Shown here piece after piece: positions 12,771-24,458 of a DNA stretch of 64,000 bases. A program made the position numbers and the translations under genes. Under the pieces are notes generated by a model. The model worked only from the letters and a program-made list of their open reading frames with translations. It was not told where the DNA came from and made no database searches. The stretch is from Mobula hypostoma (lineage: Eukaryota), in assembly GCF_963921235.1 (NCBI RefSeq), contig NC_086108.1, positions 77,254,001-77,318,000 of the forward strand, given 5' to 3'. Position 1 is the first letter of the stretch. Every line of letters begins with the position of its first letter.

Positions 12771-13702
12771 TATCTACGCCTCTCATAGCCTTGTATTCCT
12801 CTGTCAGTTCACCCGCCTGCCTCCTACGGTCCGTCAAAAACCTGTGTTGCTTTTGCTGTTCTGTCGGAGGCAGACTATAGTACAGGAAAACTTGCTTTGG
12901 TTTTCTCAGTGAATGGCATTCACAGGACTAACTGATACATCTTGTAGTGATGTGTCTGAAGATTAAGTGCCTCCTTCCAATTGGATTTAAGTAAACCTTA
13001 TGATACATTTTAAGCACTTAATTAAACAGCAAATTATTTTCTCTGAAGTTTTTCTTTCTGTTAAGCTTTGAAAATCATTCCTAGACTCTTCAGTAATTTT
13101 GAGTGACAACAATGTAATATGATACATGCTTTAGGCACATTTGAAATTAAAAAACAATTAAATGATATCTTAAACTTATAAAGTATTAGCTTGGTTCCCA
13201 ATGCAGATTCCACCAGAATTACTAATATTAATTTTCTGTGTAGTAGTAGGTCAGATATCTCATAAAAATCAATTAATACACCTCCACCTCAGGCAATGTG
13301 GTAAGGACAAGATGTTTGTCAAAGGCAAGGATTGTTTGCATAAATTCCAGAGCTTTAAGCATGGGGTTAGATTCATGTGAGGTGCATCTATTCCATCAAG
13401 TACAAGGAAGAATTTATTACTTGACCTTTAAGGCTACATATGTCAAATTTTTGAAAATGTTTCTATTGTAAATTTTATAAGAAATTTCTGAAAGTATTTC
13501 TTGGACGTTTAAAATGTCTATTGTATGAGGATAAAAAGCAGTGGTACTGTGCAATTTGATTTGCAATAATTTTTAACCCTTTTTTCCTTCTCTCCATTCC
13601 ACACCTTCTTCTCAGAAAACTTGTAGGACCAGATCTAATTGAGTTTGTAACCTTCATCTGGAACTACTGTCCATGATCATGCCATGCTTACATACTTACC
13701 TG

Positions 13703-14900
13703 GGTTCAAGTTCAAGTTTAGTTATCATTTAACCATGCATGAATATAGCCAAACAAAGCAGCATTCCTCCTGGGCCAAGGTGCCGAACATGTTACCAACA
13801 GATTACAGCACCCGGCACATTGCACCTAGCACAAATAGCATATATGATTACGATTTCAGAAAAACATATAGTCACAAAGTAAATAAAATATAGCCCAAGT
13901 CCCCGAGTGGCCTGACTGTGGAATTATAGTCCTGATTCAGCTAGATCCAGACCGGAAAGCAGAACTGAGTGAACACCAGAGGGCAGTACTGAGTGAACAC
14001 TGGAGGGCAGTACCGAGTGAACACTGGAGGGCAGTATTGAGTGAACACTGGAGGGCAGTACCGAGTGAACACTGGAGGGCAGTACTGAGTGGACACTGGA
14101 GAGCAGTACCGAGTGAACATCATAGGGCAGTACCGAGTGAACACCGGAGGGCAGTACTGAGTGAATACTGGAGGGCAGTACCGAGTGAACACTGGAGGGC
14201 AGTACCGAGTGAACATCGGAGGGCAGTACTGAGTGAACACCAGAGGGCAGTACTGAGTGAACACTGGAGAGCAGTACCGCGTGAACACTGGAGGGCAGTA
14301 CCGAGTGAACATCGGAGGGCAGTACTGAGTGAACACCAGAGGGCAGTACTGAGTGAACACTGGAGGGCAGTACCAAGTGAACACCGGAGGGCAGTACTGA
14401 GTAAACACTGGAGGACAGTACTGAGTGAACACTGGAGGGCAGTACTGATGGGAGGGTCAGGCCCCAAACCCAAGTCTGGATACCAGTGCACCACACAGAG
14501 GTTCCCCCACACCACCTCGCTGCCTTCACCTCAATTGGTTTAGTCCTCACCACAATCGAGGCAACACAGCTGCGTCATCATTGGTTTCACCAATGAACCA
14601 GTGAACTGGACTTCCACTATTCTACATTATCAATGTCCAACAGGGTCTTATGATCACAATAAAAATGTCCCAGACAATCACTTGCACTGCACCCTGTCCA
14701 GCGGTACACGATAACAGTACACATTAGAGTCCAACTCACTCGCTATCAAGCAACTCACAGATGGGGTAGTCCTGCAGTATTTGATGTCCTTATTATCCAG
14801 CAGTGACTTACAATCATAAAAAAGACATACAACACAAACAAGTGCACCTTTGATTGGACCCAGAGTGGCTTCTGGGTATGAGCACACCACAGTCTTACGA
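13703..14900 (-). mobile_element. non-coding retroposon or LINE 3' UTR carrying a minisatellite
   Basis: (TTCAAG)n tail at 13705-13718 on the plus strand; far boundary uncertain. Confidence 0.5.
13960..14448. repeat. 24-bp minisatellite, 20 full units plus 9 bp
   Basis: Consensus CAGTACYGAGTGAACACTGGAGGG, read directly; no indels. Confidence 0.97.
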
Positions 14901-14955
14901 GTTGAATGGTGATGGTCAATCTCACATCCAGCTCCAGTCATACAGCTTGAGGAAC

Positions 14956-15690
14956 AATAGAATAGAATAGAATAGACATTTATTGTCGTTGCTCAAGACA
15001 ATGAAGTTGCAATTCTACTCTAGTCTGTGCAAAGCAGACACTTACATTGCATGTGGTACGGCTTAATTTAAAAAATTCCCTTATTGACATACAACAAGTG
15101 ACTCTGGTAGTCCGTAACACTCAAAGGCCATTGGCAAGCCAGGGTGTAGCATTATTCTGCTGGACAACAACCCTCAGGAAGAAGCTGTTTTTCAGTCTTA
15201 CTGTACTGACGAAGATGTTTCTATATCTCCTACCAGACGGCAGGAGATTGAACAGATGGTGTCCGGGATGGGATGGGTCTTTAATGATGTTATGAGGGCG
15301 CCATGGGCATTGTAAATTGTAGATTGTTTCCAGATTCCACAGTTAAGTCCCAATGATGTGCTGAGCCGTCCTAATCACCTGTTGGAGTGCTTTGTGATCT
15401 GTCTTACTGCAGCGAAAGGATCACGCTATCATTCCGTATGTCAGTATGTTCTCTATCACACATCAACAAAAGTTGGCCAGCAATTTTTACAGCAGATTAG
15501 GTCTCTTTAAGCAGCTCAGGTGGTATAGTCACTGTTGTGCCTTCCCTACAATCAAGATTTGTGTTGATAGACCAAGAGGTCTCCTCAGTGATGTTCATCC
15601 CCCAAAACTTGAAACCGGAGACCCTTTCAGCTACCTCATCAGTTACGAATAGTGGGGTCTTGCTTTCCTGAAGTCAATTATCATTTCTTT
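14956..15690 (-). mobile_element. Rex1/Babar-like 3' fragment
   Basis: (AATAG)n tail at 14956-14975; antisense of HPGH..FNLLPSGRRYR at ~15220-15275. Confidence 0.7.
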
Positions 15691-15804
15691 TGTATGGACT
15701 GATTGGTTATTTGGCCACGATGAATTGCCTTAGAGTATAGGTGAGTAGTGAGGTCTGTGGGGAGCTGATGAGAAGTTAGAGAGAATTAAAAACAAATATA
15801 GGGA

Positions 15805-16506
15805 ATTAGATTAGATTAGATTAGATTAGATTATGAGGACACGCAGTCCTCGTTTATTGTCATTTAGAAATGCATGCATGCATTAAGAAATGATACAATG
15901 TTCCTCCAGAGTGATATCACACAAAAACAGGACAAACCAAAGACTAACCTGACAAAACCACATCATTATAACATATAGTTACAGCAGTGCAAAACAATAC
16001 CATAATTTGATAGAGAACAGACCATGAGCACGGTAAAAAAAAGTCTCAAGTCCTGATCGACTCCTATAGTCCTTGACAGCAGGCGGCAAAAAGGGAGAAA
16101 CTCCCCTGCCATAAACCTCCAGGCACCGACAACTGACAACTGCCAATGCATTGGAAGCACCCGACCACAGAAGACTGAGCCTGTCTGAAAACTTTGAGCC
16201 TCCGAGCAGCCCCTCCGATACAGCCTCCCGAGTGCCATCCTCTGCCGAGCACCTTCGACTTCGTCCCGGCCACTAAAACAAGCAAAGCTGAGGACTCAGA
16301 GGCCTACTCCTCCGGAGATTCCGGACCACACAGTAGCAGCGGCAGCGAAGCGGGCATTTCAGAAGTTTCTCCAGATGTTCCTCTGCGCTGTCACGTCTGT
16401 CTCCATCAAGTCAGAATTGTGCACAGTACCCTACTGAACAAATACAGATATCATTCCGGAGTGGCTGCGCGCGCTGCGTCGTGCCGCCAGCTTCTCCTCC
16501 TCCTCC
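15805..16506 (-). mobile_element. ~680-bp non-autonomous retroposon, copy 2
   Basis: (ATTAG)n tail at 15805-15833; reverse-complement homology to 11281-11962. Confidence 0.8.
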
Positions 16507-16529
16507 TTTAGGCAGAATTATATAGGATT

Positions 16530-16945
16530 CTGAGATTCTGCCAATGCTTGAAATCCAGAGCAACACATAAAATTCTGGAGTAACTCAGCAGGTCAGGCAG
16601 CATCTATGGAGGGAATAAACAATCAACATTTTGGCCCGAGACTTTTGTCAGGATTATAAATGTGGGGATGAGGCCAGAATAAGAAGGTGGGGGAGGTGAA
16701 GGAGTTCAAGCTGGCAGGTGATAGGTGAAGCCAGATGAGGGTGGGTGGCTGGGGGTGGGGGGGTTGTTGAAGTGAGATTTTGGGAGGTGATTGGTTGAAA
16801 AGGTAAAGGGCTGAAGAAGGAGGAATCTGATAAGGGAGGAGAGTGGATCATGGGAAAATGAGGAGGAGGAGGAATGCCAGAGGAAGATGATAGAGAGGAG
16901 GAAAGAGGAGAGCAAGAAATAGGAATTGAAAAACAGAGAAGAAAC
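16530..16945 (-). mobile_element. Penelope 3' terminal region
   Basis: Reverse complement resembles 37910-38300 (pyrimidine tract plus terminal motif). Confidence 0.75.
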
Positions 16946-17029
16946 AGTTTTCTGCCTTCATACAAAGGATACTGTCCGTCATGTCATATTGCATTACTGC
17001 TGTGTTGAATATATAAGATTGAAATAGAG

Positions 17030-17350
17030 CAGATCTGATAGCCCAAATCTGATTAAGCTTGAGGTAGTGTGTGACACCACGTCAGAACAAAGGAAACACT
17101 ACCTGCAGTCACTGAGGTGCAGTACAGAGAAGATGCCTATATATGTGCATGTTCGGACATTGAGCAAAACATCAACACCAACTCCTTCACAGATGCATAG
17201 ACTTTGCAGTAAGACGCACTAGCTGGACCCTTATTGACCTGCCTCCACTGAAAAGCACTACCCCCTGACAACAAAAGTCCACAATAAGACTATAGAAAAT
17301 GTTGGTCATTTACCATATCGAAGGACCTACCTCTCAGCTAAGACATGAAA
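17030..17350 (+). mobile_element. degenerate RTE fragment
   Basis: Similar to the RTE segment at 34086-34466 (LQ...Y.KM...FP.IEG.YLS). Confidence 0.45.
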
Positions 17351-17924
17351 CATTTACCATTTTAGGGAAAAATGATGAAGAACTCAAACCCAGCATGAAA
17401 CATAAAGTCCACTGCTTAGCAGTGATCTCTGCCTTTGCACGAGCTTCTGAAATGTGTCTGACTGTATCTACAACACTGAAAACAAATCATCTATTGTGTT
17501 GCTTAAAAAATCCTCCCGTCCACCGGAAGAACGTCAGTATCCTCCCCCATGTGAGCATCTGCGGGAGTTGATTGGTTTCATCAGAAGCCAATTATTGTTT
17601 TGTTCAGCAGACTCCAGAAACAAACACATTGTATTGTGCTCTGTCCTGAAAGAGGTTGCCAGGTAGAGGAAGGCAACCTCCCTGCTTTTATATTTATGCT
17701 TCAGCAAGTGTAACGCAGTATCCCACAAGCATTTTTAACCACTTTACTACCTTCACACATCTGTGAATATGCATTACAAGGAAATTCTGTTCCATTCCAT
17801 GTTGGTACTCTACCATGTATAGTGCCTTGAGTGCTCTCCCAAAATGCATTACCACACACCTCTAGGGATTGAAGTTCACTTGACACTTATGTGCTCACTC
17901 AACCAGTCCATTGATATCTCCCAG

Positions 17925-18230
17925 AGGTGCCACAGTGGTGCAGATGGAAGAGTTGTAGCCCATAACCCCAGCATCCCAGGTTCAATTCCGACCCTTCGTT
18001 CTGTTTATGAGGAGTTAAACCACCTTCCTGTGATGCCATGAGTTTCCTCGTGTCGTCCAGTTTCCTCCCACATCCCAAAGATTTGTGGATATTAGGTTAA
18101 AATTTAAGGTTCCCGACCTTTTTTTATGCCAAGGACCTCTATGATTAACTGAGGGATCTGTGAACCCCAGGTTGGGAACCCTCAGGTTAAATGGGCACTG
18201 TAAATTGCCTCATGTGTGTAGTTGAATGGG
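17925..18230 (+). mobile_element. V-domain SINE interrupted by a hAT MITE
   Basis: B-box-like ggttcaattcc at ~17980; ccagtttcctcccacatcccaaag V-domain. Confidence 0.75.
18102..18183. mobile_element. ~80-bp hAT MITE
   Basis: 8-bp duplication AGGTTAAA at 18094-18101 and 18184-18191; homologous to 56891-56973. Confidence 0.7.
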
Positions 18231-18374
18231 GAAAGAACTACTCTCTAGGGATTTTACGAGCTTTCTTTCCACCCCTCTTTCATGTTTACATTTCTATGGA
18301 GCTCCATGTTCATCCACTCTCTGAACTCCTCTAGCCTTCCTCATTTATCAGCTGAGACAATTGGATTCATTAAC

Positions 18375-18621
18375 TTTATATTTTGTCACTCCAAAACATA
18401 AAATCTAATCAAAAGGAAAACAAGGGAGTCTGAAATATGAGTCTACCTTTGTCTTTTACTTTAAGTGAGGCCTGCACGTATCATATGGCGGCACAATGAT
18501 GTAAGCTATTTACATACTTTTACAGATAACTTGCAGTGCATTATTTAAACAAACAAGAATGCTTAATTAAACAATATATTTACAATAACAGTCAAATATT
18601 ACTGTTATTAAATACACAACA
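18375..18621 (-). repeat. Gypsy 3' LTR
   Basis: Colinear with 21614-21838; PPT adjacent at 18622-18635. Confidence 0.85.
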
Positions 18622-18949
18622 TTCTTCCCTACTTAGCTATAAACTCCACTTAATATAGAATGCATCTTAACTACATACACTATACAATATAATGCAACTA
18701 TTATCCATACATCCACAGCACAGTAAATTTTAAGTTGACCCATTCAGGACTAAAATGTAATTGTAGTGGAGGCTTTCTTATTCTTGTGGGGAAACATCAT
18801 TCCTGACAAGGTGAGGTCACTCTGCTTTGCAGGTGAGACTTGTGGCTGAAAACAGTCTCAGATTCTGGGACCACCTCCGTGGTGGTTGTAGGAGTTGACT
18901 CTGAGACTTCAGGAAGTGGTTCTGACAACTCTGCACACCTTTCTTCTCG

Positions 18950-19773
18950 TTTCTTTGGATTTTCTGTTTGGATCTACTTCGATCCCTGCTTCTCTCCTGG
19001 TCTCGGCTTCTTTCTCCCTCTTTATTCTGCTTTTGATCACTATTACAGTCTTGCTCAAGGTCTTTTTCTCTCTATGCTTTCTTTCCTTTTCAACTTCCTG
19101 TCTTTCATTTTCTCCCCTTTCTTTGTCTTCTAGTTTCTTGTGAGTATCCCTGAATTTGCTTATCCCTCAGGAAATTTGGTTTTGTTTTTCTTAATTCCAG
19201 TTCCATAGCACTTATGTCATCCTCCTCTTTATTTTCCTTTTTCTTCCTCTAATTTGTGCATCTTGATCTTGGGAAGGTGCATTTATTTCACTGAAGTATT
19301 CTCTTATTAATCCTTCTATTGCTCCCTTTATGATCTGATCTCTCTTAGTTTTCTCATCCACAATATCATCTGACAAATCCTCTGTTTTTGTATCTCCATT
19401 GACTCCTTTCTTTTTGTTCTACCATTCATCCAGCTGGGTTTTGGTCTTGGCAGCTTTTTGTCTCCCACTTGAAGTTCATGCAATAACCTTAATACACACA
19501 GAGTAGATTCTCATTCTTTGTACTCACAATAGCTGAATGCTTGCAACTTTCCTGAGGCTCCCTGAACTCTCTTGTGGTTTAAAACAGAGAAATAAAATTG
19601 CAGTCAACTGCTTAATTGACAGAAGCTTTTTCAGGTATGTTGCCTACTAAAACTATTGAGGCAGACCACTGATTTCGTTACTTTCATGATTCCTCTGAGC
19701 AGCATTGTCCTTCATTGGTCCAATATGCTTCCCACTAGGCAATAGTTTATGGTGTACACCATGGAGACAGTTG
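18950..19773 (-). pseudogene. RBM25: intronless RBM25 fragment (RRM to ER/RS-rich region) inside the Gypsy element
   Basis: Manual minus-strand translation: TVSMV..GKHIGP, VLVGNIPEKAS, KRVQGASGKLQAFSYCEYKE*ESTLCVLRLLHELQVGDKKL, AKTKTQLDEW, RDQIIKGAIEGLIREYFSEINAPSQ, ISKFRDTHKKLE, RSRDRSRS; matches recalled vertebrate RBM25; has stops and frameshifts. Confidence 0.92.
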
Positions 19774-20374
19774 TGGCATCATCCAGTGCCTTTCTTAATT
19801 CACTTTCCGTTGACTCTATTGCAGGGGATGTCTCATGCAACTGGTGGATGGATCTCCAATTTAGTTGTAATTTTCTTAGCCACTCAAAACCCGCAACGCC
19901 GACTCTTCTGTTTTTACCACATTCAACCCTAATGTGACTTGCTGATTATTGTATTTCACCGTTGCAAATGTCATTCCCACAGAAGTTATCTTTTCTTCTG
20001 TACAAGTTCTCAACTGCATATTTGTAGGCTTCAGTTAAGTATCTTTGAAATGCCATTCAAACTCATCTTATGAAATGACTGAAACAACTAAGTCAACATC
20101 TAATTCCAATTTAAGCAATATGCCGTTCACTTCTGGTGTAAGCCATATTACTCATCTGTTGTTAGTTTTCACATGGTAAATCTCAAGACTACTCTGCCCT
20201 ATGTCAGTCTCATCATTATTAGATTTTTTCATAAACATTGTGCAGATTAGTGTTCTTTTTGAAACTGCAACTTGACTTTTTATCTTTTTCTCTTCCCTGT
20301 GCAGTCCATTTATTTTTATCTGTCCAACATGCCCTTTGTGTGTGTTCTACCTTGTTGCATTTTCTGCAAGTTTC

Positions 20375-20762
20375 ACCTTTTTTCCTTGGAGCGACGAAGG
20401 AAGAGAGGTGACCTGATAGAGGTGTATAAAATGATGAGAGGCATTGATCATGTGGATAGTCACAGGCTTTTTCCCAGGGCTGAAATGATTAGCACGAGAG
20501 GGCACAGTTTTAAGATGCTTGGAAGTAGGTACAAAGGAGATATCAGGGCTAGGTTTTTTATGCAGAGAGTTGGGAGTGCGTGGAATGGGCTGCCGGTGAT
20601 GGTGGTGGAGGCAGATACAATAGAGTCTTTTAGGAGACTCCTAGACAGGTACATGGAGCTTAGAAAAATAGAGGGCTATGGGTAAACCTAGGACATGTTC
20701 GGCATAGCTTTGTGGGCTGAAAAGCCTGTATTGAGCAGTAGGTTTTCTATGTTTCTATGTTT
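20375..20762 (+). mobile_element. CR1 3' fragment nested in Gypsy
   Basis: FSLERRRKRGDLIEVYKMMRG...AWNGLP; (TTTCTATG)n tail. Confidence 0.9.
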
Positions 20763-21613
20763 AAATCTGCGTTTGTCTGGTGAGCCCCTGCCACAATGGT
20801 AACATCATTTATTCAGCCAGGGCCGATTTCTGTTTAGATGTTGCAACTCTGTTCATGCTCATTTTCATTCCTGACTGCAACACAAACTGTGTCTCTGCAG
20901 TTTTCATTGATACAGTTATTCCAACTGCTCTTTTAAATGTTAAGTTGCACTTCAGTTAGGAGCTGCTTTTGAATTCTTTCTTGTAAGATTCTGCAAACTA
21001 AATGATTTCTGAGTGCATGGTTGAACCCATCAGTGAACTGACAATGCTCAGAAAATCTCTTTAATTCAGCCACGTATGCTGAAATGGACTCCCCTTCCTT
21101 TTGATTTTTCTTATGAATCCCAAAGCATTTTGCAATCAAAAATGGTTTCAGTTCTAAGTGTTCATGCTTCATTTTCACAAAGCTCATTTTGGCTGGTTTA
21201 GCTGGAGAAGTTAAATTTCTAGGCAAATTATATGCCTTTAAATCCAATACAATCAGCAAAATTGGTACTTGTTTCTCATTAGCTATTTAATTTGCTTTAA
21301 AATATCGCTCAATTCGGTCAGTAAAAACAAATCAGTTATCCGCTGTGCAATCAAACAGGTGAATCTGTCCAATATCACCAGCCATTTCTGTTCTTTTTCT
21401 AGATGATTATTACCACCTAGTACTCTCTGTTTATGAACCTGTGAATTCTTCTGTTTTCTGGTTTTCGTTTACTCCGCCATCTTTCCTTTTGTGAAGAAAA
21501 CATGCTGCTCTGAAGAAAAAAATGTGCAGCACTTTTGTTTTTCTTGATCACCTTGCTGCACTTCAATAGGTAGGTAGTTGTCTCAGGTTTGTTTAAAATG
21601 TACTATTTGCCAC

Positions 21614-21838
21614 TGTTATGCATTGTAATTTGAAAACATTAAACTAATTAAACAAAAGACACGGGAGCCTGAAATGCAAACCTAACTTCATCTTTTACTG
21701 TAAGTGAGGCGTGCACATATCATACGGTGCATGATGACATATGCTACTCACATAATTTTTACAAATAACCCACAATGCATTATTTAAATGAATCAAACAA
21801 TATATTTGCAATGTTACTGAAATATTAAACACACATCA
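21614..21838 (-). repeat. Gypsy 5' LTR
   Basis: TG...CA ends; colinear with 18375-18621. Confidence 0.85.
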
Positions 21839-23459
21839 TTAACTTAATTCATTACTGAGAAAGATACTGATTTTTCAGTGGCCCAATTTCAATCTCCAAT
21901 CAAGAGTAATGAGTCAGCTGTCCAATTGATGTGATTTGTTGGCCATGTGCTTGTATTTTCAAACATAGGACCCTAAGTCAGAAACTTTAAAACATGTGAA
22001 CACAATTATGTTGACAAAGGCTCTTGTACTAAAGGAGATCATACAGAAGATTTGACATATTGGAGTGTTTCCCCACCATGCCAACAGAGAAATTTAAATG
22101 CGTATTAGTTGGTTTGAGCAGTAGCAAGGACCACCATAGCAAAACATTGGAATCATCAACAGTTTGTCCTGGTCCTGCCAGATGGTATTCATCATTTGCT
22201 AGGTGAAAACTAGAAATGTTTCAGCCTCTTAAGTCTGAGTCTCCAATCCATAACTCATGACTGTGCACAAAAACTTATGAAATAAGGGGAAGACAAAGAA
22301 AGTTATCTTAAAATCTAACAATTATAAAACAGCACCAGACTAGATAGGTTATTTGTGCAATACTATTCGTTCCTTTATGGATGATGAAACCATTTATAAA
22401 TCAGAATATTTAAATACATCCAGTGAACTAACTGACCAACATTGGCCAATGATATATCCTTTCTTTAGGGGGTAAACATACCATTTTATAAATCAACCAG
22501 CTTGTTGGCTAGATGATGTTACTCTGATGGGTTAATCAGTAAAATTGTTCCAGAGGGAATTCCTGAGAGCACTATACTTAGGAAGTTGCTAGTCTGTTGA
22601 TTATATTGTTATAACAGTCGGTTTGAGACAAGATTCAGCTTGGAACTGGTGTTAGGTTTGGAATATACTTTGAGAAACAGTAGAGGATAGAAGGGTAAAG
22701 CAGCACATGGAGATGGTGAAATAACAACATGGTTTATTTGCATGTGAATTAAGGAGCAAATTCACTGGTGGGATAATTGTTGAGGCCATTAGGATGTGGG
22801 AGGATAGAGACCTTTGATTATGACAGCTGAATCACACTGCTGTACTTTTTACATAACTCATCATGTAATTTTGCAGGAGAAATAGTTATTAATACGTGGA
22901 CAATGAGTCCTTTGTCTGATAGAAAAGATGCTCCAGCAATTATGAGTTATTTCATCTTACGTTGGCCTTAGCAACAATGTATCTTTGTTCTTCAAAATGG
23001 TATACTTTGCAGATCCTTATAGACAAGACATTTAACACTGAAAGGTCTTTGCCATCAGGTTTTAAATAAGGATGATAACATGGTATAACTGATAAGGCCC
23101 TGGGGATCTTCATGCTATTCAGACAGCTGACAGTTGCTTTGTTACTGGCCATAGTGATAGCAATGTTGATTTTGGTTTTGAGGCCAGGAATAGACAGAGA
23201 ATAGTAAATTGATACAGAGTTCCTGAAAAGATACTTATTTCAGTTAAAAGAAATATTCTGTACTTCCACAGAGGTTATGATGTCCATTGGGATGTCTTGC
23301 ATATTTGAATTAAATACTCAGGTAACTTTAGGTCTCTGCAGTAAAAAACGACATAATTTATGACAGTGCAATTTTACCCCCTAAGTAAGTATTTGAGAAT
23401 GATTTGTGTTTGCATGCTGAGCCTGGTGACATAGTTTAACAAGTGCAAATTGATTTTAA

Positions 23460-23560
23460 TTCTGAAAACTAACTGCTGGAGGAACTTAGTAGGTTAGGCA
23501 ACATCTGTGAAGTGAAAGGGTTGATTGGTATTTTGGGTCGAGACCCTGTATTAGTACTGA
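23460..23560 (-). mobile_element. Penelope terminal fragment
   Basis: tgctggaggaacttagtagg...ttttgggtcgagaccctg. Confidence 0.65.
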
Positions 23561-24109
23561 TTTTAATTCAGCTACTGTGGGGTATCCTTATTTGCAAGAT
23601 TCCTTAAATAATTAGTGTTAAAACTTAACACACTATGATGAACCCACCATTTGTATGTCAAGATGTCCCAGTGATGTAGGGCGAAATCTGTGAGTTATAA
23701 GCTTTTATAACTTATGATTTCAGGTTAAATTTTATGTTAAAATTTCAGCATTCTAATCATTCTGCCTTACAACATATAACACTGGGCTTTATTTCAGTTT
23801 ACGTTACAAGGAAATAGCACATTCTTATAAACGGTAATATTTTACATAATGCATAGAGCCACAATAGTATGAACATATTGGTGTAAAATATGAATGACAT
23901 AATTACTACAATTTAGAATAAATAAAATTCACTAATCGTATATTTTAACATTCTTTTCAATGTTTCTCATCTATTGAATCAATAATATTTGCTCAAACAA
24001 TGGATCCAAGGTTAGAGAAGCATCAGCACCCTTCAGATGTATTTTATGCTCACTCACAACTGTTATCCACTTCAACAATGAAGAATAAGGCAATAACCTG
24101 CTCTGTAAT

Positions 24110-24458
24110 CTTTCTAGAAAATGCGGTAAAAAAGACATACAGTTAGTGGCCGGAGGTCCATAACCAGTGGTGTTTCAGAGAGAATGGTGCTGCAGCCTCT
24201 ATTGTTTGTGATATACGTAACTACCTGGATGAAAATTATATGGACGAGTGAGTTAGTAAGTTTGCATACAAAAGGAGATTGATAAGCATTGTGGACTGAG
24301 TAGAGAGATGTGGAATTATACAACAGAATGTAGATCAGTTACAGATATGGACAGAGAAATGGTAGATGGAGTTTAATCTGAATAAGTGTGAGGTGTTGCA
24401 CTGCGGGAGGTGAAATGTAAAGGGAAAGTATGTAGGTAATGGCAGGACCCTAAACAGT
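24110..24458 (+). mobile_element. old CR1, left part (resumes at ~30010)
   Basis: Degenerate SGVP..QG region and W.MEFNLNKCEVLH...GRTLNS. Confidence 0.8.

Larger units (their letters stand above)
18375..21838 (-). mobile_element. Gypsy LTR retrotransposon with deleted pol core
   Basis: Direct LTRs 18375-18621 and 21614-21838; TTAAC on both flanks; PBS-like GTGGCAAATAG and PPT-like AGTAGGGAAGAA; gag (NQKEGESISAYVAELKRFSEHCQF), protease remnant, integrase C-tail. Confidence 0.88.

Noticed and set aside
13692..13703. ATACTTACCTGG, the U1 snRNA 5' end
   Set aside because: Only 12 nt match and no U1 body follows; it is equally a minus-strand donor consensus next to a repeat tail
13960..14448. 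CRISPR-like array or repeat-protein gene
   Set aside because: Units are contiguous with no unique spacers, there are no cas genes, and the context is eukaryotic; open frames follow from a 24-bp unit
18840..19143. Hydrophobic membrane-protein-like ORFs
   Set aside because: Antisense of the purine-rich E/R/K region of the RBM25 fragment
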